Source: Amphiscolops sp. MND2022
Taxonomy: Eukaryota
Direction: 5' to 3'
Assembly (NCBI GenBank): GCA_964187785.1
Contig: OZ076409.1
Coordinates: forward strand, 81,160,001-81,224,000
Length of the DNA stretch: 64,000 nt
Shown here: in pieces, positions 24,236 through 38,052 of the stretch
Layout of the letters: every line of letters starts with the position of its first letter
How positions within the stretch are numbered: position 1 is the first letter of the stretch
Notes under the pieces: model-generated
Database searches by the model: none
The model's input: only the letters and a program-made list of their open reading frames with translations
Told to the model about the DNA's origin: nothing
Position numbers and translations under genes: made by a program

Positions 24236-25106
24236 TTTTAAAACAATTTGAACAATCTAGTCTCTACGTTTTCTATCATATGAGTCTGTGACCTCTAAAT
24301 GGCGGTGGTCTGGCAGAATCTCTAAATGGCATAAATGCCACCTATAGATTCTGCCATACCACCACCGCCATTTAGAGGTTGGGTTATTGGGGGGTTGGGT
24401 TATAGCCCACCCCCCCCAATGGGTTCTGTAATGACAGTGACAGGGTTTTCGGTGTTTTTTCGGTGATTCCAGGTTTCTTTTTGCCGTATGTGTCCATACC
24501 AGCTGGTGTTCTTCGGCTTTGTTTTTTTGTATCACAGAAATCTTATTATTCCGTTTTTATTTACCGGTTTCATAGAGAATTCCGACTGCTATTTTGGTTT
24601 GTTTGACGTAAGGTCTTTTTGAGAGACTCACAGCTAAATAGGTTTTTCCACCTGTACAAGATTCGGTACTTGACTTTTTGTCGGAGGTACGGAGTTTTAG
24701 TTCTTCGCACATGTTGGCGTGGGTTACCGTTGCTTTTGTTGTAACAGTCAATATCGTGGCCTTCGCTGACCAGACTTAAATTATCTTTTTGTCATCCACC
24801 CGGTTACTAATGGGGACTGGAACTGTTCCTCATTATTCCGGAGTTAAGTTTTTTGGCCCCAGATCCAGTCCCAGTGGCTCTCAGGGCGTCGATTTTTCAA
24901 GGGTTTCAAGAGGTAACGGGAATTGGCAGGAAAATTCAAGATCTTGACAAGAGTTTCAAAATATTTTACACTGGGTGGTTACAACTTTATTGGGTGGAGT
25001 CATTGGGCACTGTATAATAACCGGGTAAAACATTAGTTCACCCTGTTTTTTGGTGTTGCTGGTTTTCAAAGTGAGAAAGGTTCCAGAATTCGTAAGTTGA
25101 CGTTTT

Positions 25107-25550
25107 TCAGTCGGCGCTTTATGAAGTGAAACTCGGCTATTATAGTGACTCTTTTTTCAATCCACATGAACTGCCCAAAATAGTTCAACAAAAGTTCTAC
25201 GAAAATTATGGTGTCAAATTGAACCATTTGGCCTAGCGAACTGGACCAAAAACGGTTTTTCCGAGTAACATACAGTACCGGGCGAGACTAAAGGGTCCCC
25301 TTTCAGTTTTTTTTCGGCATTGTGACTTTTTTTCGAAAAAAAAGAATTTCTCCAAAGGGTCCCCTTCAGTTTTTTGATGTTTTGCAACAATGGATGTTAA
25401 AAAATCCGAACGTGTCCCCCTTTTCTCGCGCCATTTCGGTTTAACTTTTGGGTTTTTCGGGTACTGTAAAAGAATACTTGACACTTTGAACTCCTTTTGC
25501 TATTTTTGAGCCTTAGATATGGCGCCGACTTATGCCGTTCCCGGCTTGTT
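25107..25550 (+). mobile_element. HINE-like element, copy D (complete)
   Basis: TCAGTCGGCGC ... GGCGCCGACTTATGCCGTTCCCGGCTTGTT. Confidence 0.8.
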
Positions 25551-25949
25551 GCTAGTTATGCTGTCGAGGGAGCGTTTTCTGTATTTCCTTTCGAAGTAAG
25601 AGAAAGGATAGTTAAATTTCAGCTAGATTTCAGTCGCAGTTAACGATTTCTTTTGGGTGGAAGTCATCCGGGACTTTGTCTTTCCGTTCTGTTATCTTCT
25701 TTTTGCTAAAGACCATGTGGTTGGTTATCTGCCCGTTTGAATTACTTGTGCTGTGGAATGAGAAGTCTCTCGAATCCACTGAAAATTGGTAGAGTTAGTT
25801 AGCTTGGTTCTGGGTTTTCTAACAGAAGGAGGTTCGAGGATTGTTTTGTTAATTACCGAGAGTACCGTAGATTAAAGGACTAGTCTTTGGCTTAGTGTTT
25901 TCTCCTATGATCAAATTATCTTATCCGATCTCGTGACTGTTTTTATGTT

Positions 25950-26550
25950 AACAAAAATAGAGGGGAGACCAAAGGGTCTCTCTTTTGGGATTTTTTTGGC
26001 ACTATGCGACGTTTTAACGCAGTCTTTTGAACACAGGTGCCCCTTTTAAGTTTTAGCAGGAACAAAGCGTTTTGCGAGCAGAGAGGGCTACCTTAGGTTT
26101 TATCGGCACAATGCGACTTACCGAAGATTTTAAAATTTTTGAAGAAATTTTTTCCATTTTTGGTTTTTGAGTTTTTCTGCAAAGAAAACTTCTGTCCGAA
26201 TCATAAAGTCCGAAAAGTCAATATATGTGGAAAAGACCTACATTTTTTCAGCACTGTGTAACGTTTCTTAGAAAAACTATTGTTTGGTCAAAGAGTACCC
26301 ACATTTTTCATATTTTCAGCTTGGAAAAAGCGTTTTACAATCTTAAAGAAAAAATTTCGAAGAAAAATGTGTTTTTTTGTTGTTTCCAGTTAGGGGAAAA
26401 GTGGCTTTCGAGTCTTATGCGTATCCTTCCGAGTATTTCTCGGCACTGTAAAATACTTAAATTTTTAACAATACTGGTTTTCGCATATTTAAGACACTTG
26501 GTTTGTTTGAAACTTGAACGAGGCGCCGACTGGGGCCGTTCCGGCTTGTT
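25950..26550 (+). mobile_element. HINE-like element, copy E (5' truncated)
   Basis: Ends GGCGCCGACTGGGGCCGTTCCGGCTTGTT. Confidence 0.65.
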
Positions 26551-27406
26551 GATATTAGTAAATTCTGGGGACCTTCCAAGCCACTCTGGGAGCACCGCTA
26601 TTGCGTGATTTTCCATGAAGTTTTGGTTTTCCATGATTTTGAAGGGCGTTCCGCAAATTTCTTGTATTCTGTTCGACCTTTTTTTGTGTGCTTTTATTTT
26701 TCGCTGAACTTTACGCGGATGCAGGAAAAGGTAGCGCAATTTTGCTCATCATATACTTTCCCTCGAATTTCTGGGTAACAAGGTTTCCGGTCATTGGGGG
26801 GTCTCATTTAGCCCCCATTGTTCTAAAACATTTCGCGCAAACAACAATTTATTGGAATAAAACGTTCAGCTATGATAACAAAGTTAATGCAAAGCTGTGA
26901 AAAACATATGAACATTGTGAACATCGTTGACCGGTACTTTGCTATTAACACACCGACGTGAAATTTGAAATTTGCGACGTTCTTTTTGCACAAGACTGTG
27001 TAGTTTAGTTTGCCTATTACTTTCACCAAGTGTTTAAGAGTTTTTTAGAGGTGGTACCTGGCATCATTAAAGAGATGGGGTCATAATGATTACACAAAGC
27101 GTTGGCAAAAAAAGTTCTTTCAATTTATCAAACTCTGCTGGAAGGTGTCTCAAAAATTTTGAAAGATTGAAGGGATCGTTTCCGCGTCTTTTGTTAGGCT
27201 AAAGTTTTTCTGCAGGCTTTTGAAGAGATGCAGGGAATTTTGGAATTTTACAAGATTTTCCATACCATGTACATGACCTTGACATTTTTTAAATGACACT
27301 GCCCACAGGCCTGCAGCGTTTAAAAAAAATTAAAAAGAGTTTCGACTACGGAAAATGACCTGATCAGATTACAGAATCTTGAAAATGTGGCAATTAGACA
27401 GCATTT

Positions 27407-27967
27407 CCCAGTTGGAACTGCTTGAACTTTTTACATGATTTTGTAGGATACCAAGCTAATTTTCCATGATTTTATGAAATTCTCAAAGAAACTTTCATGC
27501 ACTAAAACTTCAATGATATGATTCAATTTTATCAAACTGCCTATGAGTTGTTTCCTAAATTTGGCGGCATTTCTGCACCGCGAAGTTTTGTAGGTTCCAT
27601 TAGGACGCCGTTTTAATTTCGCAAGCAGCTGAGACTTTCATCGATTTTACAGCGCTTTCATTGCAAATAAACTTCAGTTATAAAATAAATTTCAAAGTAG
27701 CGTCACTGATATGGCATATTCAGCGTGCTGTTTGACTAACGGTGATTACATAAGGTACTTACCTGAGAAACTTACGTGTGAAAACGAAGTGATCGCGGCG
27801 GTGAAGGAGTGGAATTATTTTCAGTTTTAATTCAAATAGTGGAGAAGGAATTGTAATCCTGCAAAATGTTTCCATGCAGGCTCCCGGAATTTTCCATGTT
27901 TTGTAAAAAATAATAGCCTGCGTGTTTCAATGCAGCATGTAAAAACTTCAAGCAATCTCGACTAGGG
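27407..27967 (+). mobile_element. ~560-bp MITE, TIRs CCC.G(T/C)TGG...GCTTGAACTTTTTACATG
   Basis: Imperfect ~30-bp TIRs; full inverted homologue at 57089-57630. Confidence 0.75.
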
Positions 27968-30900
27968 TGGATGTTGCTCCAACTGTTGAAAAAAAACATA
28001 GGAGGTAATGGAATTAATAGGTAGTTTTTCTCAATTTGAGAACGGTAATTTGGACACAACCAACCAAATTATTTGAACCAAATAGTTACATTTTCAACCC
28101 TAAGATAATGAACTTTTGACTGCTCATCTTAAAATTTATATTTTTTCAAAATTTTTTATTTAATTTTTAAGTCTACAGTAGAGATTCCAGAAGAAGCAAC
28201 ATAGCACGCGGAACGAAAGCAAATAAACAAATCTCATTGGCTGGTTAAAGTCTCACGCGCTCATTTCATTGGTCGAGAGCGATTTCCAAAACATCAATTT
28301 TTTGTTTTTTGAATTTTCGACCCACTTACAGTTTTTTGTATTTCAAATAATTTAGACAGAAATATTCTCCCAAACTTTTTGAATTTGACAATATAATTTT
28401 TCTCAAAAATATTCTAAATTGTATTAATATGTCGTTGTTTTATATCGATAAAGTTCAAAATCATATCCTTATACATGCATTTTTGAAAAAGTCTAATTTT
28501 ACAGCCTTTTTTCTACCATTTAGGATGATTTCTAAATCAAAACATATCAAGGGCTTCTGTTAAATCAGGGGTGTCGATTGCACATGAAATGTCTCTAAAA
28601 TTTCAACTAAACGTTGACTAAAAGTGAGAAAAATCTCAATTTTGACCTAAATTTGGCCTATCCTAAATTCTACATTTTTCATGGCAAAACCTTCAAATGA
28701 ACATTTTTATAACTTAGATAAAAATCTAAGAATCTTTCAATTTTATTATTTTTCAAAAATCGCTGCTGTTTTCGAGATATTCGATTTTGAGATTTGTCTT
28801 TTGTTGCTTTTAGAAATATCACTACTGTATTTAGTTATAAAGTGTGTTATTGCTGCAACTTGTTGACTAAGATGGTTACATGACATGGCGTGAAAATTAG
28901 CATATTTGATATTAGAAGTGTATGAAAATGAAAAACTTCTAAATTGGTTGTACAACTAATCATCATCCATTAGCCAGAATTAACTTAGGTCGGAATTGCG
29001 TAAGGTTGAAAATCCAATACGTTGAACGGTTGAAAAGGCAACGGTTGAAATTGCATTGGTTGAGATGTCCTGACTAAGAATAACTGCTTCTAATTTAAGT
29101 TTGTTATTTCGTGAACTCTTCGTGACAGTTTATTCAAAATGACCTTCAGAATTGGATCCCGGGAATCTCAAAATTAAAATGACGTCTTTAGCACACAATT
29201 TTTAGTGGTCTGTAAGTTTTCACTTTCAAATGGAAAACCATTTAACGCAATCATAGTTGGCCGCTCTTAAATGGGTCCACAATTATGATTTTTCCGATCA
29301 GATGATGATTGAGGCTACTTCAGGCTATGAAACTTAATGGGAAATAATGTGAGGAGATATTCTGGCCGAATGTGAATTATGTTCTCATTGGAATATGCGG
29401 TCAAATTTTGTTGGTGCTTTCAATCAACTAATGATAATGACTAGTAGTTTTGACATTCTAATTAATTCACTTGTCAAAGTTTGATAGATGTTCATTTCGT
29501 AGTTAACTGAATCAGGCAGAATGTGGTTTGAATGTATGACTCGTGGCCATTTCGCATTTTCAAAATAACAATGAGAAAATCTCGTTTCACTGAGCTCAAT
29601 GTCCAAATTACGTCATGAACTATATCAAATGACACTTTTTAAATTCTTGTTTGAGATCTGTTTTTTTTTTCACATTTTCACCAAAATTTCGTGGACCATA
29701 GCAAAAACTTGACTGTCATTGTTATTAAAATCCGTTTTTGGATAAATTATTTCATCTAGTTCAAACTGATTTGACTTGACGTTTATTAATCTGGTCAAGC
29801 AATTTCCTATCGTAAATAAGGTTCTCATTTTGATTTTTGGAGAAATATTTGAAAATGCTTACACATGCTGAATTCAATGAATGTGATTAATAATTAACAC
29901 TGCTTCCGGCCGAAAAGGCGTCAAGTCAGTTTGGTTGAAAGTCAGGAGTATTTATATCATCTCTCTTGTTAAATGGCAATAAGCGTTTGAATTGAACGAC
30001 CTTTCAGAAATTGAAGTTACTAGCAAAATTTCAAAGGTAACAATTTTTTCGGTTTCTTGCGAAACGAAAGATCTTAGCTTTAGCACAGGAATTTGTTTCT
30101 ACCACGTTTTGTAAATAATCACTAAATGTTGGTGAAAGGCCACAAAATACTTTCCATTTGGCCTAGATGTTAACGGAAATATATCTGCCTGAAGACGAAA
30201 CTTTGTAAGCAGGATTTACGCCAGATTCAGAGTCCACGCCAGATCAAAACTTTTATGCTTGCAAAGATAGAGAGAAGACCAAAAGGATCTCCAGTGCAGA
30301 CTTTTCCCGACAGTCAGATTACCCTTTTTTTAAAACTTGATTTTAGTAAGAACATAGAGCTTGGCGAGCTTAGAGGGAGACTTTTGGTTTTTTTGCACTT
30401 TGCAACTTTTCTCGAGGTAAAAACATTTTCAAAACTTTTTTTGGGGAACTTTTTCGAATTTTTTGAGTTTCTTGATGTTTCCAGTTAAGATAAATTTTCC
30501 ACTCTCAGGGTGCTCTGCACTCAATTTTCTGTAGCATGAGGTTGAAAAGGGTCTTGGTCAGAAAAGTGTCGTGTATCGAGTTTTTCGTGTATCGTGATGC
30601 GCCCACTGAGCTGTTCCTGGCGTTCCTTTTTCCGTTTGAAAAAGTTGCGCTCTTCACCCAGGTTGACCAAACATACTCACCATGCTATGATCATAGTATG
30701 ATCATACTATGATCATGGTCATTCCATGATCGTGATCTTGCCAAAATCTTATCATGGCGACCATGTTTCATAGTATGATTATACTATGACCATCATGTTT
30801 CATATCATGAACATAGTATGAAAACCATGTTTCAAGAGAACAGATGTAGTAAGAATGTCGGACATGGCAGCCACCTGTGGATATAGTTCACAGAAATTTC

Positions 30901-32980
30901 TTGCCAAAGTCCTTATGCTGTATTTTAGGTACATAGTATCGCACTTGACGAGACCCACGACGAGAAGGTGGCTCCTTCGGGTCTCAAAACTGTAAAAGTA
31001 TAAAATCAAAACTGCTTGAAACCATTAAAAACAATTCAGATCGGTATTTAGATACACTAGAATCGATGAATCATGAATATTACAAGACCATAATAACTAG
31101 TTTTTGGGCTGCATAATTACCGGAAATATCCTCAGAAACGATGGGATTTAGACCTTTCTATGAAAACAATTCAGATCTGTATTTAGATACACTAGAATTG
31201 ATGAATTATGAATATAATAAAACAAGAACTAGTTTTTGGGGAGCGCGAATAACGTCTAAAGAATAACGTCTGAATGCAAAACGGGAATAACGTCTAAAAC
31301 CGAATTCATGTTATCGTGATTTTGGGATGAAAAATTATCGAAAACATACCCGGAAAAATGTTTGATACCCGTGATAATAGATCTTATTCCCTTTGGATCT
31401 TATCCCTTTCGCTTTACTTGAGATCTTATTCCCGGGAATATAACGTCTAAAATAACGGGGAATAAGATCTAGAATTTAGTAAAGTTTTTTATCACAATTA
31501 CGGTTTATTAAAGTGTTGTCAAGAATACAACCAATTTTTGAGTTAACCAATGAATGATCTAAAATGTATCCACGGTCGCCAAAGGCATATCATATCTTTG
31601 ATTCTTTTATTTTTAATATTTATTACTAAACCTGACTGAGACCAAAGCCCCCTACTTTTGGTATTTTTGCCACAGTGTTTTTCATGCGTAAATCCTGCTA
31701 CCTCTTCTGGAGAAATTTTGGACCTGTCCGATTTTCATGCGCAAAACTTTTATCCTCTTAGGGTCTTTCCTTCATTTTTCATGCTTTCTGTTTAAATAAA
31801 TGTTCTTTTTGACCTGGAAACTTCTCGAACAGAATTCAAAAACATTTAAAAATCTAAGCTCTTCTGGCGATCATTTAAGAAAAGCGGAATGTTGAACTTT
31901 TTTGTGGAAACTGTGAGCAAGTACTCCAAGCGAGCTTTAAAATCATTTTTTAAAGCCAGATTTGAAAAATAAACAATCAACGCTTGATTTATTACATACA
32001 ATTTATAGACTATAGATTGATATCAGATAACTGTCGATTCTTTACTGGAAACTTGTCACGAGGAAGCGATAGAGCTGCTACCTTAGAACATACGTCAACG
32101 CATGGTTACAATCGCATCGATATATGGTCCCTGAAATGGGAATTTAGGAAAACTAAGATTCTATAACAGTTTCATTTTCAACTGAAAACAACTGACTAAA
32201 CTTTCATTTGCTGAAAAACAATTCGAGTTCATTTAAACAACTCGGTTTTTCCCAGTAACGGCGAAACAAGGAGGCCATATATCATTTTCCTCGTATGAAT
32301 GTTCCCCGTTTAAAGCTCAATGCTACTACAAACACTATGTTTCGACACTGTTTTGCCTGAGAATATATCCAACTGAACCCGTTCCGATTTTACCGGCTGA
32401 ACTGTAGCTGCCGCGGCGATATCTTCGATGACAAACACATGAACAATGCAATTCCGATTGGAAATTATCCATCTAAAAATTGATAAAGCGAAAAAACTGA
32501 AGGAAAAATTCAGCAGAGAAGCTTCTTGGCGCATAAAGAAGATGCATTTATTGTCACGCCATTGTATAAGGAACGTTTAGCGTGCGTGAAATTTCTCTCA
32601 TTTGCTACCCGTGCTGACGAACCATTTATTTTCATGCATGGTCCCTACATGGTCCATGTGTATTCCATGGATGATCCATGTACATGACCATGCTGTTTAT
32701 TTGCATCGAATAGCATGTCGGTGCATGTTTCATGCACGATCGATCTATTGCCTAATCCACCAATCGATAGAATTTTAAGAACTTATCAGAGACTGATGAC
32801 AATTTCATTGAAAACTTTTTATGTTTCGAAATTCCGCTATAAATCATTGAATTCTTGGCTAATGGATGGAAATAACTAAAAGGTTTTTTTACTGCGTTTC
32901 CTCGAACGTAAAGCTATGAATTTACGTAGCATTTTAACTTTTCAAGTATGAAAAATCTGAGAACGTTCATTTTATTTATT

Positions 32981-33923
32981 TTAGTCGGCGCTTTTCCATT
33001 AAGAAAAAAAGACTATTATTAGTTCCGACTATTACAGTGATTAGTTTTGTTTTCTTCTTTTTTTGTCAGTTTCATTCTAAATGGTCCACTTTTTGTGCGC
33101 TATGCACTTTTACAATAAGTACTTAGTACTTGATTTTGAACGCATCAATAGCCTCTAACATGAAATACAAAACCATTCCTAAGCAGAAGGGTCCCCTTGC
33201 CACTTTTTCGGCACTTTGGGACTTTCCTCCTTTTTTCGGATTTGTGAGACTTTTTTCCTGAATATTTTGCATTTTCTCCAAAGAAAAAATTGGCCCCTCT
33301 TCAATTTTTGGATATTTTGTAACAGAATGGATGTTGAAAATCTCAATGTCCCCACTTACATTTTTTGATACTATGAGACTGTCAATAATTCTCATTTTTC
33401 GTCTGATATTAGGTTCTCTCAATATGTATTTTTTCCAAAATTCACCAATATTTTTTCCAATAATATCCGAACTATATTGCGTTTTACTAAGCACGAGGCG
33501 GAGGTTCAAAAAGGGATCTCGTTCACTATATCCCCCCTATATCACTCGTTACACTATATCCCCTAGAGAAAAATAATGCTTGTGGATCATTTATATTCAT
33601 CTCCTTTTGGCTAATCTCTCACGATATTCTGTCAATCAATTGATCTCGTCATAACTATCGACACTTTTCATGGGCTCTTATTACTATCAAAATCCTCACT
33701 CCGCCAATCAGAAGCGTTGTTAAATAAGAGCAGATCAGAGCAAGTTAGAATGTGCAATACATGTATTTAATAGTGTTTCACTTGGCCCCCCTTTTTGTTG
33801 TAGGTGTGGACATAGCGAAAAAGATCCCCAAAAAGAAAGTTTTTCATGAAAACGTCCTGAGCATATTTTGAAAACTTTTTGAGCCTTAGATATACCGCCG
33901 GCCTGAGACGTTCCCGTCTTGTT
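32981..33923 (+). mobile_element. HINE-like element, copy F, carrying a nested MITE
   Basis: TTAGTCGGCGC start; AGACGTTCCCGTCTTGTT end. Confidence 0.75.
33513..33828. mobile_element. ~315-bp MITE with GGGATCTC(G/T)TTCACTAT TIRs nested in a HINE
   Basis: TIR pair; homologue at 63462-63775. Confidence 0.75.
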
Positions 33924-36900
33924 CTTTAATTTATTTTTCTGTGGTGACGTCATCGTCACTTCTTGTTATTCGGAAGCTATTCTAATTTCATTGGTTCCGA
34001 GGTTCGGTTATATAACACCGAAGAATGGAAACATCTTTTACGCGTTACCGATGTCTGGTGAAAGAACTCAAATAAACTGACATAATCGACTTGTATTTTA
34101 ACTGGTGGTAACTACTATTTTGAATGCTACATTATGTATTATACGGATCATATTAAAATAAAAACGAAAACCTGAATTGAAATGAGTTTAACACAAATTC
34201 TTTTTAAACCATTTCACGACATTCTCCAACAATTTAAGTCTGATGCTGTTGATAATGCTGGAACGTATGCTCTACTTGGCTTAGTAGTTAAAGCGCGTGT
34301 CTATGAGTGGAACAGGGGCTTGGAGGGTAAGTGTAAATAATGTCCAAATCTACAAAGAAAAGACGTTCATTGTTTTCGTTAGTGAATAACGTCCAAAGAA
34401 GTCAATCGTAATCTGCCACATGCCTCTACTGCCATAAATGCAGCAGCGAAGCGGAGCTACGTGCCATTATTGTTCATGGTTTTGACGAAGGCCGACATGG
34501 AGGGGCGCAAACCCCCCAGGAAGGAGGAAGGCCGAGTCATTTAGCAAAAACTTCAAGCGGTTTTTATTTTTCATGATAGGTCTTTAGAAGATCTTTTTCG
34601 GACTTTAATTTCATATTTTGTCTTGGACGTTTTTTCTAACTTGCTACTGAAGGTCTTTCTTTGGATTTTATTTCCTCCAAACCTGGGAACCTGAGTTTAT
34701 TTGCGAAAGTTCTATACATATTTCGAAAGGTAGACGAGACCTAAGGTTCCCCCATTTGGGTTTTCTGACACTGTTCAACTTTTTTGGTAAAAAATAGCTG
34801 ATTTTTGAACTGCTAACCTTCGGTCTGAAGTGTCTCCAAAGATATCAAAGAAAACCTTTGATTCTACATCTATGTTTAATTTAAAATGCTGAATGAGACC
34901 AAAGGCACCATTTGGAGTTTCTAGGCACCGTGCGACCTTTTTTCATTTTTTTTCGCTAAAGGGTCTCTGCTTTGGTGCTTTGATGTTTTCGGTTAGGATC
35001 CACCCTGTGTCGAATTTCTGGAACTTCTGTATCTTGTCACATTAAACTACAACAAAACCGTCTTCCAATATAACGTCGATTTTGATGAAAAATGTGCTGT
35101 ATCCGAATTACTTCCTTTGCATCCAAATTTCATCAGACCTTGCCTTGAAAAGGCCGGAGTTTCCATCTCATTGGTGGATGATTTATGATGGGTGTTTTTC
35201 CGCCACTGCTTCTTTTTAAGGTGGGAAAATGATCAATGTTGCCATGAAGGCATTTGATAACACTAGTGTCATTAGGCTTTTTGTAATGACTAAATTTCCT
35301 AGCATTCTGCAGTTGTATCTTTTAAGCCTATGATGCTATGACCATAAAGAGGATATGAACAAAAATCTTGTATGGTTGGCAAAATGATTTTTGAGGAAGT
35401 CTGGTTTGTAACTCAGTTACAGAAAAATTCCGAAGTTCTTTCAAAAGGCTCATTCAACATGAAATTTTTTATAGCTGCAAAACTCTTATTTGACTTTTTC
35501 TAATTTGTCGTTTCAATTTCATGACATTCAAATTCTTCTCCATTTGAGGTGTCAAAGCATCAAAATATTTTGACGACTGTTTTTTTAATGACTTAATGAA
35601 GAGTAACGAGAAACTGTTCGAATTATTTTTCATTATGACATGCAATTGGAAAACGTGCACTGAAATTAGTTTCAGATAATCAATTTGTAACCATCTATGA
35701 CATTTTTTCTAGTGACATTTTTCAAAAAACGTTTTTGGAAAGTCACTCATTGCGGCCACATCTTACCTTTTTTAAACAAATTATATATTCCTGATAACTC
35801 ATCTATGTGATCTTATGTCGTTTCTGTTGAAATTAGTTCAAATTAACAACCACGCTCATTTTATTGTCGGCATGTGAAAGCACGCTCAACAAGATTTCAA
35901 TGTGAAAACATTATCTGTGAAAGCATCTTGATCGACCACTTTAATAAACGACAAGCTAATCTAAATCATTTCGAACTAAATGAAATAATTCCTCAGAAAA
36001 CGGATTTATAATAATGACAATAATGAGTTTTTTTCAACATATCGGAGAAAATTAGTGAAAAACAAAACTCAAAGAAAAATACACAAGACGTCCCCTGAGA
36101 AGCGGTATAATTTTCGTCCCGAACTAATTTAGAAACGGCAAATTCTTGCGGCCAAAAAACTTGTTGAAAAAAAACGGATAAAATTTACACTTCTTGGTTT
36201 ACTTTTCAATTTCTTTCGCTACGTTTTTTCTTCATTTTCCCTGCAAGAATATACTTGTTTGTTTTGTTGCTGACCTCTGTAGGTACTCCTTCCCATATCC
36301 ATAAAGCATCTAGAAATTGTGAACCATAACACATTTGCAAACTGGGGAAATAGAAGAAAAATTATTTGCACTTTTCCAGCCCCCCCCCCCCCCAACCCTT
36401 GAGTTGTAGCATTTTTCATTTTTCAATTTGAGAATATGCATTAAATTTTTACTTTTTGTAGTGGAAATGAGTTTTTGCAATTGTTTCAATCCAATGCAGT
36501 TCTGGAGTGGAACTGACCAGAAGTGGCATGCTAAAATTTTTAAAACGTTGTTTTGTTCACTCTTCTAGCATAATTAGTGAATTTTGTTCAGTTTACTAAT
36601 CAGTTTTGTAAAAATCAAGGGTTGGGGGGAAACTGGAAAAGTACCAATCATTTCCAGATTCCGAAAAACACCGTATGAGCATTTCTGCTTTTCTGAGTCA
36701 GTGTCTTTTTCGGATATTATACCATAGTAAGCTACAGTACCGATATTGCAGCCAAGTAGCCAAGTAATGGTAGGTTTGATACTGTGGTTGCGAAGTGGTT
36801 TCGAAGTGACCTGCTCAAGGTCACAAAAGTCAGACTGCCCGCCGTTTTTGTCTTGGTCATACGACTACGCTAAGGAACCCACATGCCCACTAAAACATCA

Positions 36901-37380
36901 AGCAAGTCGGCAACGGCATAAATCGGCGCCATATCTAAGGGTCAAAAATAGCAAAATGACATCAAAATGTCGAAAAAAACTCAAAGTATCGAACTCACAA
37001 AAAAAGTATCGAACTCACGAAACACTTTCAAAAAACACAAACGACCGAACTGGCGCGCAGGGTTCCCGCTAGCACGGGCTCCGGCGCGCTAAAAGGTGGG
37101 TCCTTTGGGATTTTTCACAACCATTCTGTCGCAATACATCAAAATTCGAAACAAAAGTCTCACAATGCCAAAAAATTGAAAGGGAGACCCTTTAGTCTCG
37201 CCCGGTTATGTATCTTACGCTTGAAAAAGGAACATTTTTTATATTTGAGTTCCTTGTGCCAAATGATCCAATTTGGCACCTTAAAGTTTTGTAGAACTTT
37301 GTAGAACTATTTTCGTCAGTTCGTGTGGATTGAAAAAAAGTCAGTTATAGTCGCTTTTCACTTCATGAAGCGCCAACAAA
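36901..37380 (-). mobile_element. HINE-like element, copy G
   Basis: Degenerate 3' hairpin and subTIR (ATCGGCGCCATATCTAAGG) at left, degenerate 5' subTIR at right. Confidence 0.65.
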
Positions 37381-38052
37381 AACTGTACAAAAAGTGAGTA
37401 GAACATTCGAAAATCGTAATTCTTGATTTTTTATTTTTTGGGCAAACACTTATCGTTTTCTTTCATTACATCAAGTAGCCATATGTTTTGTTTCTGCTAT
37501 TTTTGGACCTTTAAACCCTAAAAAACATTCAAAAATAAGCAAAATGAAAGAGAAAAAACGCTCAAAAAATTTTGACAGTTTTCTGTTCATTGCGGACATC
37601 TTTTTTAGTTGGCGCTTTTCGTTAGAAAAGAGCAACCATCGTCACGAACTATTTTGGACGTGTCAGCTATATCGGAAAAACCATGACGGTCATGGTTTTT
37701 CCGATATACCTGACATGTCCAAAATAGTTCTACCAAAAGTCCTTCAATTTTGGCAAAGTCCCTTTTGGCTGTCTGCATACTACATTCAAGCTGTTAAAGA
37801 GGACCAATGGACAATAACACAACCCATGCCAGATTTAACGCAAACCGAATATAACGAATACCGGATATAACGTATATATAACGTTTCTTGGAGAATTTTT
37901 CAGTGCTACAAAAGGGCCTCCCTTCAATTTTTAGGATATTTAGAATTGATACAAAATCATTTGAAGCCAAAGGGTTTTCCCCTTGGACTTTTTTTGGGTA
38001 TTGTGAAATGAAAAAAAATTCAATCCTAAGTGTTCCATGTTTCGAGTTACGT

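Noticed and set aside
30657..34330. Isolated exon-like patches (30930-30992, 32310-32470, 34240-34326) and MITE ends (30657, 31237, 32607)
   Set aside because: No consistent strand, phase or recognisable protein; the MITE remnants lack paired termini
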